Assembly (NCBI GenBank): GCA_963833425.1
Contig: CAWHXP010000008.1
Location: forward strand, 574,526 to 638,525
Direction: 5' to 3'
From: an uncultured Methanosarcinaceae archaeon
Lineage (GTDB): Archaea > Halobacteriota > Methanosarcinia > Methanosarcinales > Methanosarcinaceae
Length of the DNA: 64,000 bases
In this document: one piece after another, positions 1 to 10,789 of the stretch
Position numbering within the stretch: the first letter of the stretch is position 1
Layout of the letters: every line of letters starts with the position of its first letter
The notes under the pieces: generated by a model
What the model saw: the letters and a program-made list of their open reading frames with translations, nothing else
Told to the model about the DNA's origin: nothing
Database searches by the model: none
Program-made: the position numbers and the translations under genes

Positions 1-803
1 TGTAATTGTATTCAGATTATATGTGTCTGGGATTTTCCACAAGATTTCCTGCAGAAAATTATGTACAAGAAATATTGGAAAACATAAGTCGCTACAAAAC
101 TTTATCAGGATTGAATTGTTTATGGTTTTTATATAATATCCATTCTGGGCAATATAAATCCCTAACGAAAATTCTAACATTCTGGATAATGGGAACCAAT
201 ACCAACTCCTTCCTCCGAATCCTGGAGGTATGGTTATTCTAACGAACATGGCAACTAAAAATATTGTGAAGAGACCTGATATACCATTCTCTTTCAAAAA
301 TTTTGATAAACAGGGATACATAAAATAAAGACATACTATAGTCCCTACGAACCAGCCTACTCCATCAATAGTGCCACTCCATGTAGTTGTGGGAACACCA
401 GCTAATGTGAAGGCTGGATAAAATCCGGTGATTGTCATTACGAGTTCCGACCATTTTAAATTTGAAAGTATTCCATCACTAAATACCACTGCAAGTAAAA
501 CAGTAAATAGATACATCGGATAAATCCTGATAAGCCTTTTTTTCATAAAGCTGTTCACATCAAAATTATTTACTGGTCTATGGATTTTAGTTCCATATGT
601 ATATTCTAAAGCTGCTCCACTTATCAGAATAAATATGAATACCCCCACCCTCCAATGTCTTCATATAAACCTATAGCGTACATTTCGGGTATTCCAAAGG
701 ATTTCTGTGCTAACCCATAGAACCAGCCTACATGGCTTAAGACGACCATCATTATTGCTACAATCCGCAGCACATCGAACATCAAAATTCGATTCTTGCT
801 CAT
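1..803 (-). pseudogene. Acyltransferase_3 (OafA-like) membrane O-acyltransferase, frameshifted, runs off the window
   Basis: Manual translation from ATG 803 gives MSKNRILMFDVLRIVAIMMVVLSH. After a frameshift near 650 it reads VGVFIFILISG...FMKKRLIRIYPMY...GWFVGTIVCLYFMYP, the same motifs as the intact paralogue at 14790. Confidence 0.75.
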
Positions 804-1389
804 AACACCACCTAACTGTCGTGAGATCTATAATAAATTTCGTTAATTCTTGTCGATTTAACGTTAACAAAAAATAATTTCTTATTATTACATTTATGCA
901 TAGGTTTTTAAAGTAAAAGCATAAGTTTATTTTTCAATGTCACCTTTACATTACTATTTTTTGGTAGAATAATATTAGTTAAATTTTCCTGTATACAGTG
1001 TCTTTCTTTATCTTTAGTCATATTTTTTTATCCAATAACTATAAATAATTAATGGACAAAATTATCCCATCATGCCGTTTTTGTTCCATCATAAATCTGT
1101 AGCATTTGTAACTACATTTATCAAAAAAGTAATCAATTAAATATCAGTAATATAGCTAAAAATTAGAAGTTGAATGAAAAAAATTAATGAATTAAACGCT
1201 ACCACTATTTTGAACTGCATTTAGAAGGGCATACAAAATTGCAGGATCAGCTTTTTGAAGTGACAAAAAAAGTTCAGAGATTGCAGTTTTGTCGTGTTCT
1301 ACGCATTGTCAGATTCTGTCGTTAACGGTAAACCATATTTAAAATAAAATTGTACTTTTTTGTCTACCAGGAAGTGTGAGCTACTCCGC

Positions 1390-1790
1390 TTTCGACCGTC
1401 TCTAGCTTAAATAGATCTGCCCATGTTAATAATGGCTGCCATACTAATTGGTGAAGAACCACAATAACAAAAACAAGGGTAACAACTCCCAAAATTATAG
1501 AAGTTAAATCCCCCTTATTTGCTGCTTCCTTAAGTAGCTACCTAATCCAGGCAGCCTGAAATCACGCTGACCTGCGGTGAATATCTCTGCAGCCATCAAA
1601 GAAAACCATCTTCCTGCTCAGCTCATCATACTATTCCAGATTAAGCTTATGGCAGCAAAAGAGAAATGTTGGTCCTTTAATTATAGCCGGGGAAGTGCGA
1701 GCCAAGTGTATACCCATATAAACCAAGATAGCTACAGTAATCAATATCACCATATCACCCTAGGAAAAGGATACCGCACTGGTCTTCGGG
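1390..1790 (-). pseudogene. Fragment of a NitT/TauT-type ABC transporter permease
   Basis: Reverse strand reads LIWNSMMS*AGRWFSLMAAEIFTAGQRDFRLPGLGSYL, matching the recalled permease motif WNSMMSWAGGWFFLMAAE; contains stops. Confidence 0.55.
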
Positions 1791-2099
1791 GTATGAATTT
1801 ATGAGCATCTTGTTGATAGATTATCCAACGCAAGTATTATTTTAGCTTTAATAGAACTTATGCACTTAAATCACTGCCAATTTAAAATTAATTAATATAT
1901 AATTAGTTAATGTATAATTTAAAAAAAGTTCAGTTGTATTTTCCTTGCAGGCATTTAGATCAAGATCATATTATAGACTCAGATTATATAACATATACAT
2001 TTTTAAAAATTAAATCTTGAAATGCAGAAGACTTGTCCTAGCACAGAAATATTTATTTTAGTTCGAAGCCGATAATTGTAAATGAATATTTCAGACAGA

Positions 2100-2373
2100 A
2101 AAAAACCTTCGAGAAGCTAACCTTCAAGGAGCTGACCTTATAGAGGCTAATCTTAAAGGGGCTAATCTTACAGGAACTAACCTTACATTGACTTATTTTA
2201 TAGGGGCTTATTTTAAGGATGCTAAACTTGAAGGAGCTGACCTTGAAAGAGCTCAGCATTTGTCACTTTTCCAGTTTGCAAAAGTGAAAACACTTCATGA
2301 TGCAAAATTAGGCGAAGAGCTCCTCATACAGATAAAAAAGTGTATCCGCTCTTTTAGAAAAACCTATGGATAG
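2100..2373 (+). pseudogene. Pentapeptide-repeat protein remnant (3' part)
   Basis: Frame reads [27 protein letters not shown]...[11 protein letters not shown] (A-N/D-L-x-x repeats); there is an upstream stop and no proper start. Confidence 0.7.
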
Positions 2374-2650
2374 AAAATATTCTCAAAAATCACATAAAGC
2401 ACTTCTAAAATGCTCATGATGTAATTAGTCTAGCCTTATCCTAAATGTTCAATAGAGAGCCTGAGAATTAAGCAATATCTCTAATTTTGTAACTAAAAAC
2501 AGAGATTTTGACCAGATGATCAAAAAAACTGGCACTGTACTAAAGTTCTGTAAATTCTAACTGGTCCAAAGCCTCTTTTCCTTAATCAAAAAATAGGGTT
2601 ATAGTGCTTCATTGCTGCAGAGTTTCTAAAGTAAATGTATAATTACACCG

Positions 2651-2788
2651 AAAACTTGATCATGAAAACATCAATATTAATAGCTGACTACCACTGTTTT
2701 TGGAAAGTGACATAACTTTAAACAACATCTTGAAATCAATATTTATTTAGAACTATTAAATATATTTCTATAGTCCTGATGGGATTGA
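2651..2788 (+). repeat. Dispersed ~140 bp repeat, copy 1 (IS-end/MITE-like)
   Basis: AAAACTTGATCATG...AACAACAT...GAACTAT.AAATATATTT.TATAGT aligns by eye with 4639-4777. Confidence 0.65.
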
Positions 2789-2949
2789 CAAAATGTGCAA
2801 TTAATTGCACTTGCGAATAACTGCAATCAATCAAAAACCCAGAAAATAATAAAAAATTTTTTGTTTCAAATATTTTTTTGTAGAACCCAATCGGCCTTAT
2901 AGCTGCCAAACAAACCGTTCAAGTCCAAATGTTAGATTAAAATCCATTG

Positions 2950-3504
2950 TCAGGCTTCCCGTAAATTATCGAATAAAGTTGCGATTTTTCGTAATTGTAA
3001 TTTACTGATTTCGTTGTCCTGATTTTCATGATTCTTCGGATTAGAGTTCCCCGAATTACCGTAATTCATCGGCTTCACGTTGCCCTGATTTCCATAATTC
3101 ATTGGATTAAAGTCACCAGAGCTTCCGTCATTCATCGGATTAAGGTATCTCAGAAGTTTTCCATCAAGCATATCCGAGTTGCCCGAATTACCATAATTTA
3201 TAGGCTTCATGTTGCCCTGATTTCCATAATTCATTGGCTTAGAGTGGTCAGTTTTTCCATAATTCACCGGATTAAAGTTGCCCGAATTACCGTAATTCAT
3301 TGGATTAACGTTACCAGGGTTACCGTAATTAAACTGATTAGAGTTGTCCGAGTTCCAGTCATTAACCGGATTCGAGTTTTTGACCAACTTCCGAGAACTT
3401 GCGCTTGCTGAAGCAACTGTTAATGTTATTATGAGAAATACAGCTACCAAAATATTAATTGTCTTTTTTATTCTCGAATATTTTTGTTTACTCACTTGTT
3501 TCAT
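2950..3504 (-). CDS. Secreted Asn/Gly-rich protein with eleven tandem 11-aa repeats
   Basis: Signal peptide (KKTINILVAVFLIITLTVASASA) followed by P(M/V/I)NYGN(S/Q)GNxx repeats with a 33-bp period; frame intact; ATG at 3504 (TTG 3510 is an alternative). Confidence 0.8.
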   Translation of the reverse strand: MKQVSKQKYSRIKKTINILVAVFLIITLTVASASASSRKLVKNSNPVNDWNSDNSNQFNYGNPGNVNPMNYGNSGNFNPVNYGKTDHSKPMNYGNQGNMKPINYGNSGNSDMLDGKLLRYLNPMNDGSSGDFNPMNYGNQGNVKPMNYGNSGNSNPKNHENQDNEISKLQLRKIATLFDNLREA

Positions 3505-4638
3505 CCCCAAAATTGTTCTAAATTTGATACTATTTTTTATATTGACTTGTCAATTCATAAAATAATATGACTATTTACAAATATACCTGATATTAAATTC
3601 TATTATTAGTTAATTAATAGTCTAATTATATAATCTATACAGAATGATTATTTCTATAATAAACTCCTCCATTAATATTTTCAAATATTAATATAATTTA
3701 GCAAATAATCTGAAGTAGTTCAGTTCTTCTCAGAAAAATGCTTCATAGCAGCACATATTCTGTTGGAAAAATTAAAATATATAAACCAAACAACACAAGA
3801 TATAACTTTGGATTGTATGAATAATCTACATCCTCCAGTAAAATCTCTCAAATTTAGGTTTTTGTGCAATTTTGGCTAAATCTTTTAGATCAACATCCAA
3901 AATATTTTTTGCTAGGTGTTTGAAAAATCCTGTTTCGAAGCACAATTTTATTAGCTGGGAGAAAAAGTAATTTCAATTAATGTTTTATTTTTTAATAAAA
4001 TGTTGAAAAATTTGAAATCTATGACTATAAGAAGTGAAATGCATGATATTATACCATGTGAACCCAAAAGTAGCTCTTATTGCGGTGGCTTTGTAAAAGA
4101 AATCTGCAAGAAGGCAAAGTAACTTTGGCACAAGCCCTTATTGCTTCCGGCAAAAGTAGGCATTGAGAAGAGCTTGCAGGAGAGACACGGTAAATCCTTT
4201 AAAATGCAGTGCTGAAAGCAGCAATCTTAGTGGGAACATAACCTAATCCCACTTACAGTCAAAATTTCTTAGGTCCTAACTTCAAACATAGGAGGATTCA
4301 ATTTACTTTTTATTTCACTTTACCAATTAACCCCGAAAATCCCAATAACCAAGTTATAATATATAAAAAAAAGACTTCCATACTTTTATTAAAATTTATC
4401 GATTAAAGAAATCTCATAAATGAGAATAAAATTTTTCTGGTTTGAATTTGTGAAGTTACCATCGGAATTGAATCAATGTGACTCCGATAATAAACGGTTT
4501 AATTGCTGTGATATCTTGCAGGGTCAAAGAAAGAATGAAATATTTATTATTTTACGAGAGAACAATTAATTAATTCCCAAGTAATGGCAAATTATAGATG
4601 TAAACAGATAGGTATTTATAGTAGTTTTCATTGAACTA

Positions 4639-4777
4639 AAAACTTGATCATGGGGACGTCAACTATTAATGTGGAATAACATTGTTTTTAAAAAGTAACA
4701 TAAGCGTTAACAACATATTGGAAATCAGTATTTACTTGGAACTATCAAATATATTTATATAGTTCAGATGAGACTAA
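4639..4777 (+). repeat. Dispersed ~140 bp repeat, copy 2
   Basis: Diverged direct copy of 2651-2788. Confidence 0.65.
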
Positions 4778-5297
4778 TAAATTCAGAGATTTTATCACAA
4801 AAATTATAAATTGTTACAGTAAAATTACAGTGGTTACACCGAACAGTATTTTATAGAAACAACTTCCCTACACCGGGTCTCCCTTCTGGGCATCAGATTG
4901 TCTAGTTATATGGCAATATGGGTAATAATAAGTAAGCTGATGAGCGTCAATTTAAACATTCCCGCGCCGATTTAACTGATCGGAATGGGCTTCGTCTTTG
5001 CCCAAATTAGCTTGAAGAGCATGATAGAGTTCATTAGAAGTATAGCTAACGATTGCTGGCAATAAAAAAAATAATATCAAAATTCCAATTGCAATTAGCT
5101 TCTTAAACATGATATTAATCATGGCCCAAAATCACGTAATTATTGAGTTTATAGATTGAAGTGCTGAATTTGTAGAAAAAAATGTCGTTCAATCAAATAG
5201 TCCTAACTATTAAACGATATTTCCGGTCTTATTACGTTTAGGAATTTCAAAAAAATGAAAGAGCCCCGATTTCCAGGGTACATAAGGGAAACTATTT

Positions 5298-5573
5298 TTA
5301 TTCGATTGTTTCTATTTTCTCCTTTTTGACAAAGGGCCTGCTGATTTTTTCTGGCATCCAGCTAGGCCTATTTTTGGGAGCTTCTACAATGTGCTTCCAT
5401 GCCTTGAAAACATGTACTTTCTTTGTTCCGCGCTCTCTGAGGCGGATAGTCTCCGGTTTTGACTTTGTCCCTGCTCCCCGATTTGCAGCTTTCAGGGCAG
5501 CTTGTCGAGGCTGTTTTCCAGTGAAAACTCCATGCTCGTTGCCATCTTTATCTCGTAAAACAAAATTTCTCAT
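5298..5573 (-). CDS. Non-histone chromosomal protein MC1
   Basis: RNFVLRDKDGNEHGVFTGKQPRQAALKAANRG...IRLRERGTKKVHVFKAWK is the MC1 signature; GAGGTGA RBS at 5594-5588; start uncertain (5573, 5582 or 5585). Confidence 0.95.
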   Translation of the reverse strand: MRNFVLRDKDGNEHGVFTGKQPRQAALKAANRGAGTKSKPETIRLRERGTKKVHVFKAWKHIVEAPKNRPSWMPEKISRPFVKKEKIETIE

Positions 5574-5739
5574 GTTGGATATCAAGATCACCTCATAAAT
5601 TATTTGCTGATATTGTTTAAGTTTTCTAATATATATACTTTTTCTGTAAGTGTTGTCGATAGTAATTGATTTATGAAAATTTTCCATTATATCATAAGGA
5701 CACCAAAACCAAATTTATCATTTTGTTAACGAAGTATGG

Positions 5740-5950
5740 GGTCGATATAGTCTTCAGATGCTGACTTCAGAGCTTCCCCAGCCTTGAATATATTTTTAGT
5801 TCCTGCATAAGCTCGTTCTTCTGGAACATTTTTTGAGCAAAATCTCTTGTTTCTTGATATATCCCTTATGCGTTAGGACTTGTTCATTTGCTACGTTTTT
5901 CATTACAGTATTATGATTTTTTTTGTTTTATTTTTTGAGTTGACCAAAAA
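5740..5950 (-). mobile_element. Degraded IS5-family transposase C-terminal remnant
   Basis: IRDISRNKRFCSKNVP...KNIFKAGK resembles KDILRNKRISSKRV...EIFKAGR of the element at 44071-45202. Confidence 0.5.
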
Positions 5951-6333
5951 ATATAGCCATACGCTGTAACACATGGAAATCTACTCAAAAAAGTGACTAG
6001 GTATTAATAATTTATCGACTAGAATAATTTTAAAAGTTTTTGCTCTAAAAAATAAATATCAGCAAGTTTGCATTTTTATAAGAATGTGCATCAAAAAAGT
6101 TGAGCGGCAAATTAATGAATAGTATCTAGATCAATTTATGATAAATTCACTTTCTGACCTCTCTTTTTCGATTTAACTAAGTCATCCAAATCAATTTTCT
6201 CGTTGCTCATTTGTGATTCCATAATATACTTTAAAGCAACTTGCTGGTTTAATACCTGTTAGTCAACTTAAAAACTAAAGAAATTACGAGAATTGATTAA
6301 AAAAGAGATACACCCTTTTATAATAATAAACTG

Positions 6334-6368
6334 TTATATAAGTATTTATTAAAATGGTTTCAGGAGGT
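6334..6368 (+). promoter_or_regulatory. TATA-like box and Shine-Dalgarno of the small ORF
   Basis: TTATATAA at 6334-6341; AGGAGGT at 6362-6368, 7 nt before TTG 6376. Confidence 0.5.
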
Positions 6369-6375
6369 TCATAAT

Positions 6376-6516
6376 TTGGCGACCAAGAAACAGAAAGCTG
6401 CAAAACAAGATCTGAAAGATAAAGTAACAAACGAAAGGATAAAACAACCAATTGAGGAAGTTAAGGAATTGGATGATAAAACAAAGGGAAGAGATGATAA
6501 AAGAAAAAAGAAATAA
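6376..6516 (+). CDS. Small highly charged protein (46 aa)
   Basis: MATKKQKAAKQDLKDKVTNERIKQPIEEVKELDDKTKGRDDKRKKK; strong SD and upstream TATA; below the ORF-track cutoff. Confidence 0.6.
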   Translation: MATKKQKAAKQDLKDKVTNERIKQPIEEVKELDDKTKGRDDKRKKK

Positions 6517-7849
6517 AAAGGTAACTATTCAGCCTGGAGAAAATAAAATCAATAACTATCTTTATTAAGATTAAATTAGCGAATTTCGATAAGCTGATTT
6601 TATTTCATTGTTAGCCACCAATCATACCACTACTTTTTTCATTAGTTAAAGATAAATATATATCTACATCAAGATAAAAATCATTTAACGGATTTTTTGT
6701 AGGCTGAATTTTACAATATTTAAGCGACTAAATGCATAATTCTTCGATTTTTCTCTACACCGAATAAATCCTTCAAATCACTATCCGCGTATAGTGTTAA
6801 TATTAGGATTTATCGCCTTTCTGATACTAGGTTTTCTCACAAAAATCTATATATCGAAAAATTGTACTTCAGCATAGTGATCACTAATTCTCAAACGCAT
6901 AGGGATGTCAACTAAATTCAATCTATAACTGTCTCTTTTTATACATGCTACGATACAGAATCATTCAGTATTCACAGAACTTTTAGACTTTCATGTAAAA
7001 TCCTAAATTACATCTTTTAATGGAAGAAATATAATCGCATCGGTATTTTAAAATAAAGAATTCATGGAATTTTTTTAATTTTGGAACTCTTTGATCTTTA
7101 TCCATATAGAGATAGGTTTAGTTATTAAAAAGAAAGTAGAAATGAGCTCAAAACCGTGAATGCGTGCAAGACGTCCAGGTTGAACTAAAATCAGTAGTAT
7201 TAGAACTTCAAAATAAATCACAACGATTCAAATTCCTAAGTATACAAGCAACCTGAACCCTAAAGTGAAACTGAAATTTTCTATGGTCTTTTGAAAAAAA
7301 ATTAATGATAGAATTATGATATTAAGTGCAAATTGTTTAACGGATTCTGAACCTACTTTTTCCTTCTTTTTATACATAAATGCCTGATGTATAGTGCATT
7401 TATAAATACAACAGGCAGGTGCTTTATCAAGGAATCATAACTTTTAACACAAAAAAATCACTTATTTGTCCACATTCAGCAATTTCACATCTTTTGGTAG
7501 AACTCAACTTTAACGAACTAAAAATTTCATCATCTTCTCCAGCTAAACATTTAGATAGTCTTTAATATGGCATTCTGAAATAGTGTATAAATAAATGTTT
7601 ATGGATGTCTAAACCATAAACGTTATTCCACTATTTCGGACAATTTTATTCACCAATTTATTATGTAGTGAATGGACTCAAAGTCATTTTTATACCCGTG
7701 ATTGAAGTAATATTTTAGCCTATAGTTAAAATTTACTGATTATTTTTAGAATTTTTTTAAAACAGAATGTAGAACAACTTTTCATTTCAAAGTAATGATG
7801 AGATCAATAATCAAAATAAATAAGATAGGAAGTATTTTTATTTTATTTG

Positions 7850-8700
7850 TGCTTTTTATTAGAACAATTTCATATCCATACTCAAATTTCTATCAATTTC
7901 ACCCTTCTTTGCTGATTCTTTAAATGTTTGATCCTGCCCAATTTCTCATTATGTTCTTGAAAGCCCTTACAGGTTAAAGTAACATGTTCGAGTGTTTATT
8001 TAATCCTCGCGTTCACTCTCTTCTAAAATCATAACCGCTTCAAGCAGCTTCTGAAAATGGAAAAGTAGGTTTCCTCCGTGAAGCCCTGTAAGCTTAGAGA
8101 GATTTGAAAAGGTTTTGCTTCCCCAGGAAAGCGCCTTGGGCTTCAAGTTTCGCTGCCTGTATCCTATTGGTTTTTATACTTCAGAAACTAGTCTTTTAAG
8201 CCCTATTTTACTTTTATCATAGCTCTGATACTTTCATACCGATTGTCATAAATTTGAAGGGAACACATGATTTTGAGTTGTTTTTCAAAAAGATTTGTAG
8301 CTTCTGAAGACGTCTGCTGCAATTAGTATTTTTGACTCCTTTTTTAACTCCTCTAGCCTATCCCCTATAAAGCTATAAAGTCTCAGTTTCGATCCTATTC
8401 CTGCAAATAAATATCGCGGCCTTTCACAAAATATCCAGACTGGTTTTCTCATAGAACTCTCGCGTCCTGCAATCCTCTGCCTTCTAGTGTGCATCTTCTC
8501 GCTTGTGTCCTCACTGGGGTAGTTCACCACAGGTTTCGTGAAGTTCTTCTTCATCCCCCAAGCATTATGTCGATATGTTGCTGGTTTGTTCTCTGGAAAA
8601 ACCGCGAGAATCCATTATTTAATGACGCGACCCCTTCCTTATTTATAGCAGTTCCTCCAATGATAAATTTCAGCTTATTTGTGCTTTTTCTCAACTCTTA
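7850..8700 (-). pseudogene. Winged-helix (ArsR-like) regulator, multiply disrupted
   Basis: Fragments QRTNQQHIDIML / MKKNFTKPVVNY and KTFSNLSKLTGLHGGNLLFHFQKLLEA (HTH motif), with stops and frameshifts. Confidence 0.65.
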
Positions 8701-9276
8701 TCTGTCTCACCAAGTTTTCAATAACTGGATTGTATGCAATTAAAATTTTGTGACTCCGTTGAGATGTTATCTAAATTGAAGTTATCAAATTTATTTGATA
8801 ACGGAATCTAACGCTTTAATTTCGATCATCATTTTTTAAAATACTAGAATTCAAAGGATTTATACAGAGATAATAATTTCAATTAGAGGTTTTTAGTCAA
8901 AAATACAATGACAGTACGAGCACTTTGATAAATTTGATATTGGACTATATTTTCTAAAGCACATTAAACAAGTTGTTGAGATCGTAGTTTATCGAAATTA
9001 TCTATGTCCTAACAGTGGAAATAACACCTCGAAATTTTAAATAGTTCCGAGTTTCATCAAGTCCGAACCATTTCGACAAATTAGAAGAATATAATAAAAA
9101 TTATTCAAAGTGAAGAAGTCGTTGATTGTGACAACGAAAAATGATTCTACTTCTGGTGTCCATATAGCCAGCTTGCTGTCTTATCTTCTTAATTATTATA
9201 GTTTCGTAGATATAATAATTTTATCTGATAGAGCATGCTGCAGCTATTAGAGGTTTTAATGATTGATTTCAGTCGG

Positions 9277-9312
9277 ATACCTACAGCTAGTGCAGGATGG
9301 AAACTTTCTCGA
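9277..9312 (+). mobile_element. Solo degenerate IS200-like left end
   Basis: ATACCTACAGCTAGTGCAGGATGGAAACTTTC resembles ATACCCCGCAGCTTGCTGCAGGGATGGAAACTTCC at ~47826. Confidence 0.45.
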
Positions 9313-9521
9313 AAACAGGTAGCTACTAAATGGACTATTTTCAAAGCTAGTTTTGCATCATAGAATCGAAATAAGCGATATAAGATCATCGTCTCTGTAA
9401 AAATAAGATATTAAATGATTTTTTTGTTGTATGAAGCATCGTAAAAAATTTATTTAGACAACGAAATTAATCTTAACTCACTGAAGAAATTTACCGATTT
9501 CCATATTGATTACAGATTAAT

Positions 9522-10448
9522 TTAACTCTCATTCCCGTATTGTTCCCGGATTTCAGACTCTTTGAGAACCCTAATTCCTAGTTTTTTCAAAATTGCAGAA
9601 ATTCTATTTTTGTCTCCACTCTTCATGGATTTTCGATCAAAATAAGCAAAATCAGCATCTGATTTATCAACAGCCTGTAAGATCAGAGGTTCATCCACTA
9701 AATTCAGCTGATACTTGGGAAAGTTATGCCCAAAGGAGACGGCGGTTTCAAGCAAAATTCTTGTTTGGCGCATAGCATAATGTCCGCCTCCAAAACCTAA
9801 AGCGACTGGTACTTTTTCAAGAGAAACTGCAAGGATAGCTTTTGCAGCAACCTCTCCTGCATCCGTGTCTTTCCATTTACTTTCGGTACTTCCGATTTCA
9901 GCATATAGAGAAGGAACTGAGAGTTCTGTGGGACCGTGATGTGTTACTTCGAGGGTAATATCGTAATTCAAGCCTTTTTTTTCCGCTAGATATTTCATTC
10001 CCTGAAGTATGGATTTCATTGCAGCCGGAGAGGAAACTGCGAGTTCTTTAGGTCTGCCCCCGAGTCTTGCCTCATTGGAAAGATTTCCGGTGCAATGCAC
10101 GGTAAGGGAATTGATTTCCTCCTTACTACTGTGTTTGGATGCAAAAATTATAAGGGAAGCTGGCAGCTCTGCAGCTTCCAGTTTCGCATCGAGACCATCC
10201 TGAAAAACGTGAATTTTTTCAATTTCTACGAGCCTGAATTTTCCATCAGCAGATTCCCAGACTGCAGAGAATTCAAATTTATCAGGAATTTCGATATGCA
10301 CCCACTTACTAAGATTTAAAAGGTGGTTTTTGATATTCTGGCTAGCGAGGTCCGGGACAGAGCAAATTATCGTTATTTTAGGAATTGGATGTCCGTAGAA
10401 GTTTTTTTCCTGATCACTAAGGTCTTCTGGATTGCTGTTATCTATCAT
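9522..10448 (-). CDS. dtdA: D-aminoacyl-tRNA deacylase (archaeal DTD2)
   Basis: Motifs FASKHSS, LTVHCTGN, EVTHHGPT, AEIGSTE, GFGGGHYA. Confidence 0.93.
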   Translation of the reverse strand: MIDNSNPEDLSDQEKNFYGHPIPKITIICSVPDLASQNIKNHLLNLSKWVHIEIPDKFEFSAVWESADGKFRLVEIEKIHVFQDGLDAKLEAAELPASLIIFASKHSSKEEINSLTVHCTGNLSNEARLGGRPKELAVSSPAAMKSILQGMKYLAEKKGLNYDITLEVTHHGPTELSVPSLYAEIGSTESKWKDTDAGEVAAKAILAVSLEKVPVALGFGGGHYAMRQTRILLETAVSFGHNFPKYQLNLVDEPLILQAVDKSDADFAYFDRKSMKSGDKNRISAILKKLGIRVLKESEIREQYGNES

Positions 10449-10789
10449 TTTTGATCAATCCGAGTATTATTACTTCAATGCACCTATAAATTTCGTTAAA
10501 ATAGATAAAACCAACCCAAAATCGTATCCTTGAGTTCAAAGTTTTGAGGAGTCAAAGAGGAGATACCCCTGAAAGGCTAAAAGTCAAAGTAAAAGCAAAC
10601 CAAGAAACAGTTTCAGTCTAAGAAAGCATGAGCCAAAAGAATAAAAGCCTTAAAATTAAGAAGTACATTACTCAAAATACCTAAAGAAAATATTTTTTTG
10701 GCAAACCCCTACTACGCAATTAGCAGGAATCTGTGGTTTTACTGCCCAAAAAAAGAAAAAAATGATTTTATAGTGCTGAAATATTAATA

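Noticed and set aside
2053..2259. Minus-strand ORF with KISxx repeats
   Set aside because: Antisense shadow of the pentapeptide repeats.
3028..3411. Repetitive + strand ORF (127 aa)
   Set aside because: Antisense shadow of the Asn-rich repeat gene.
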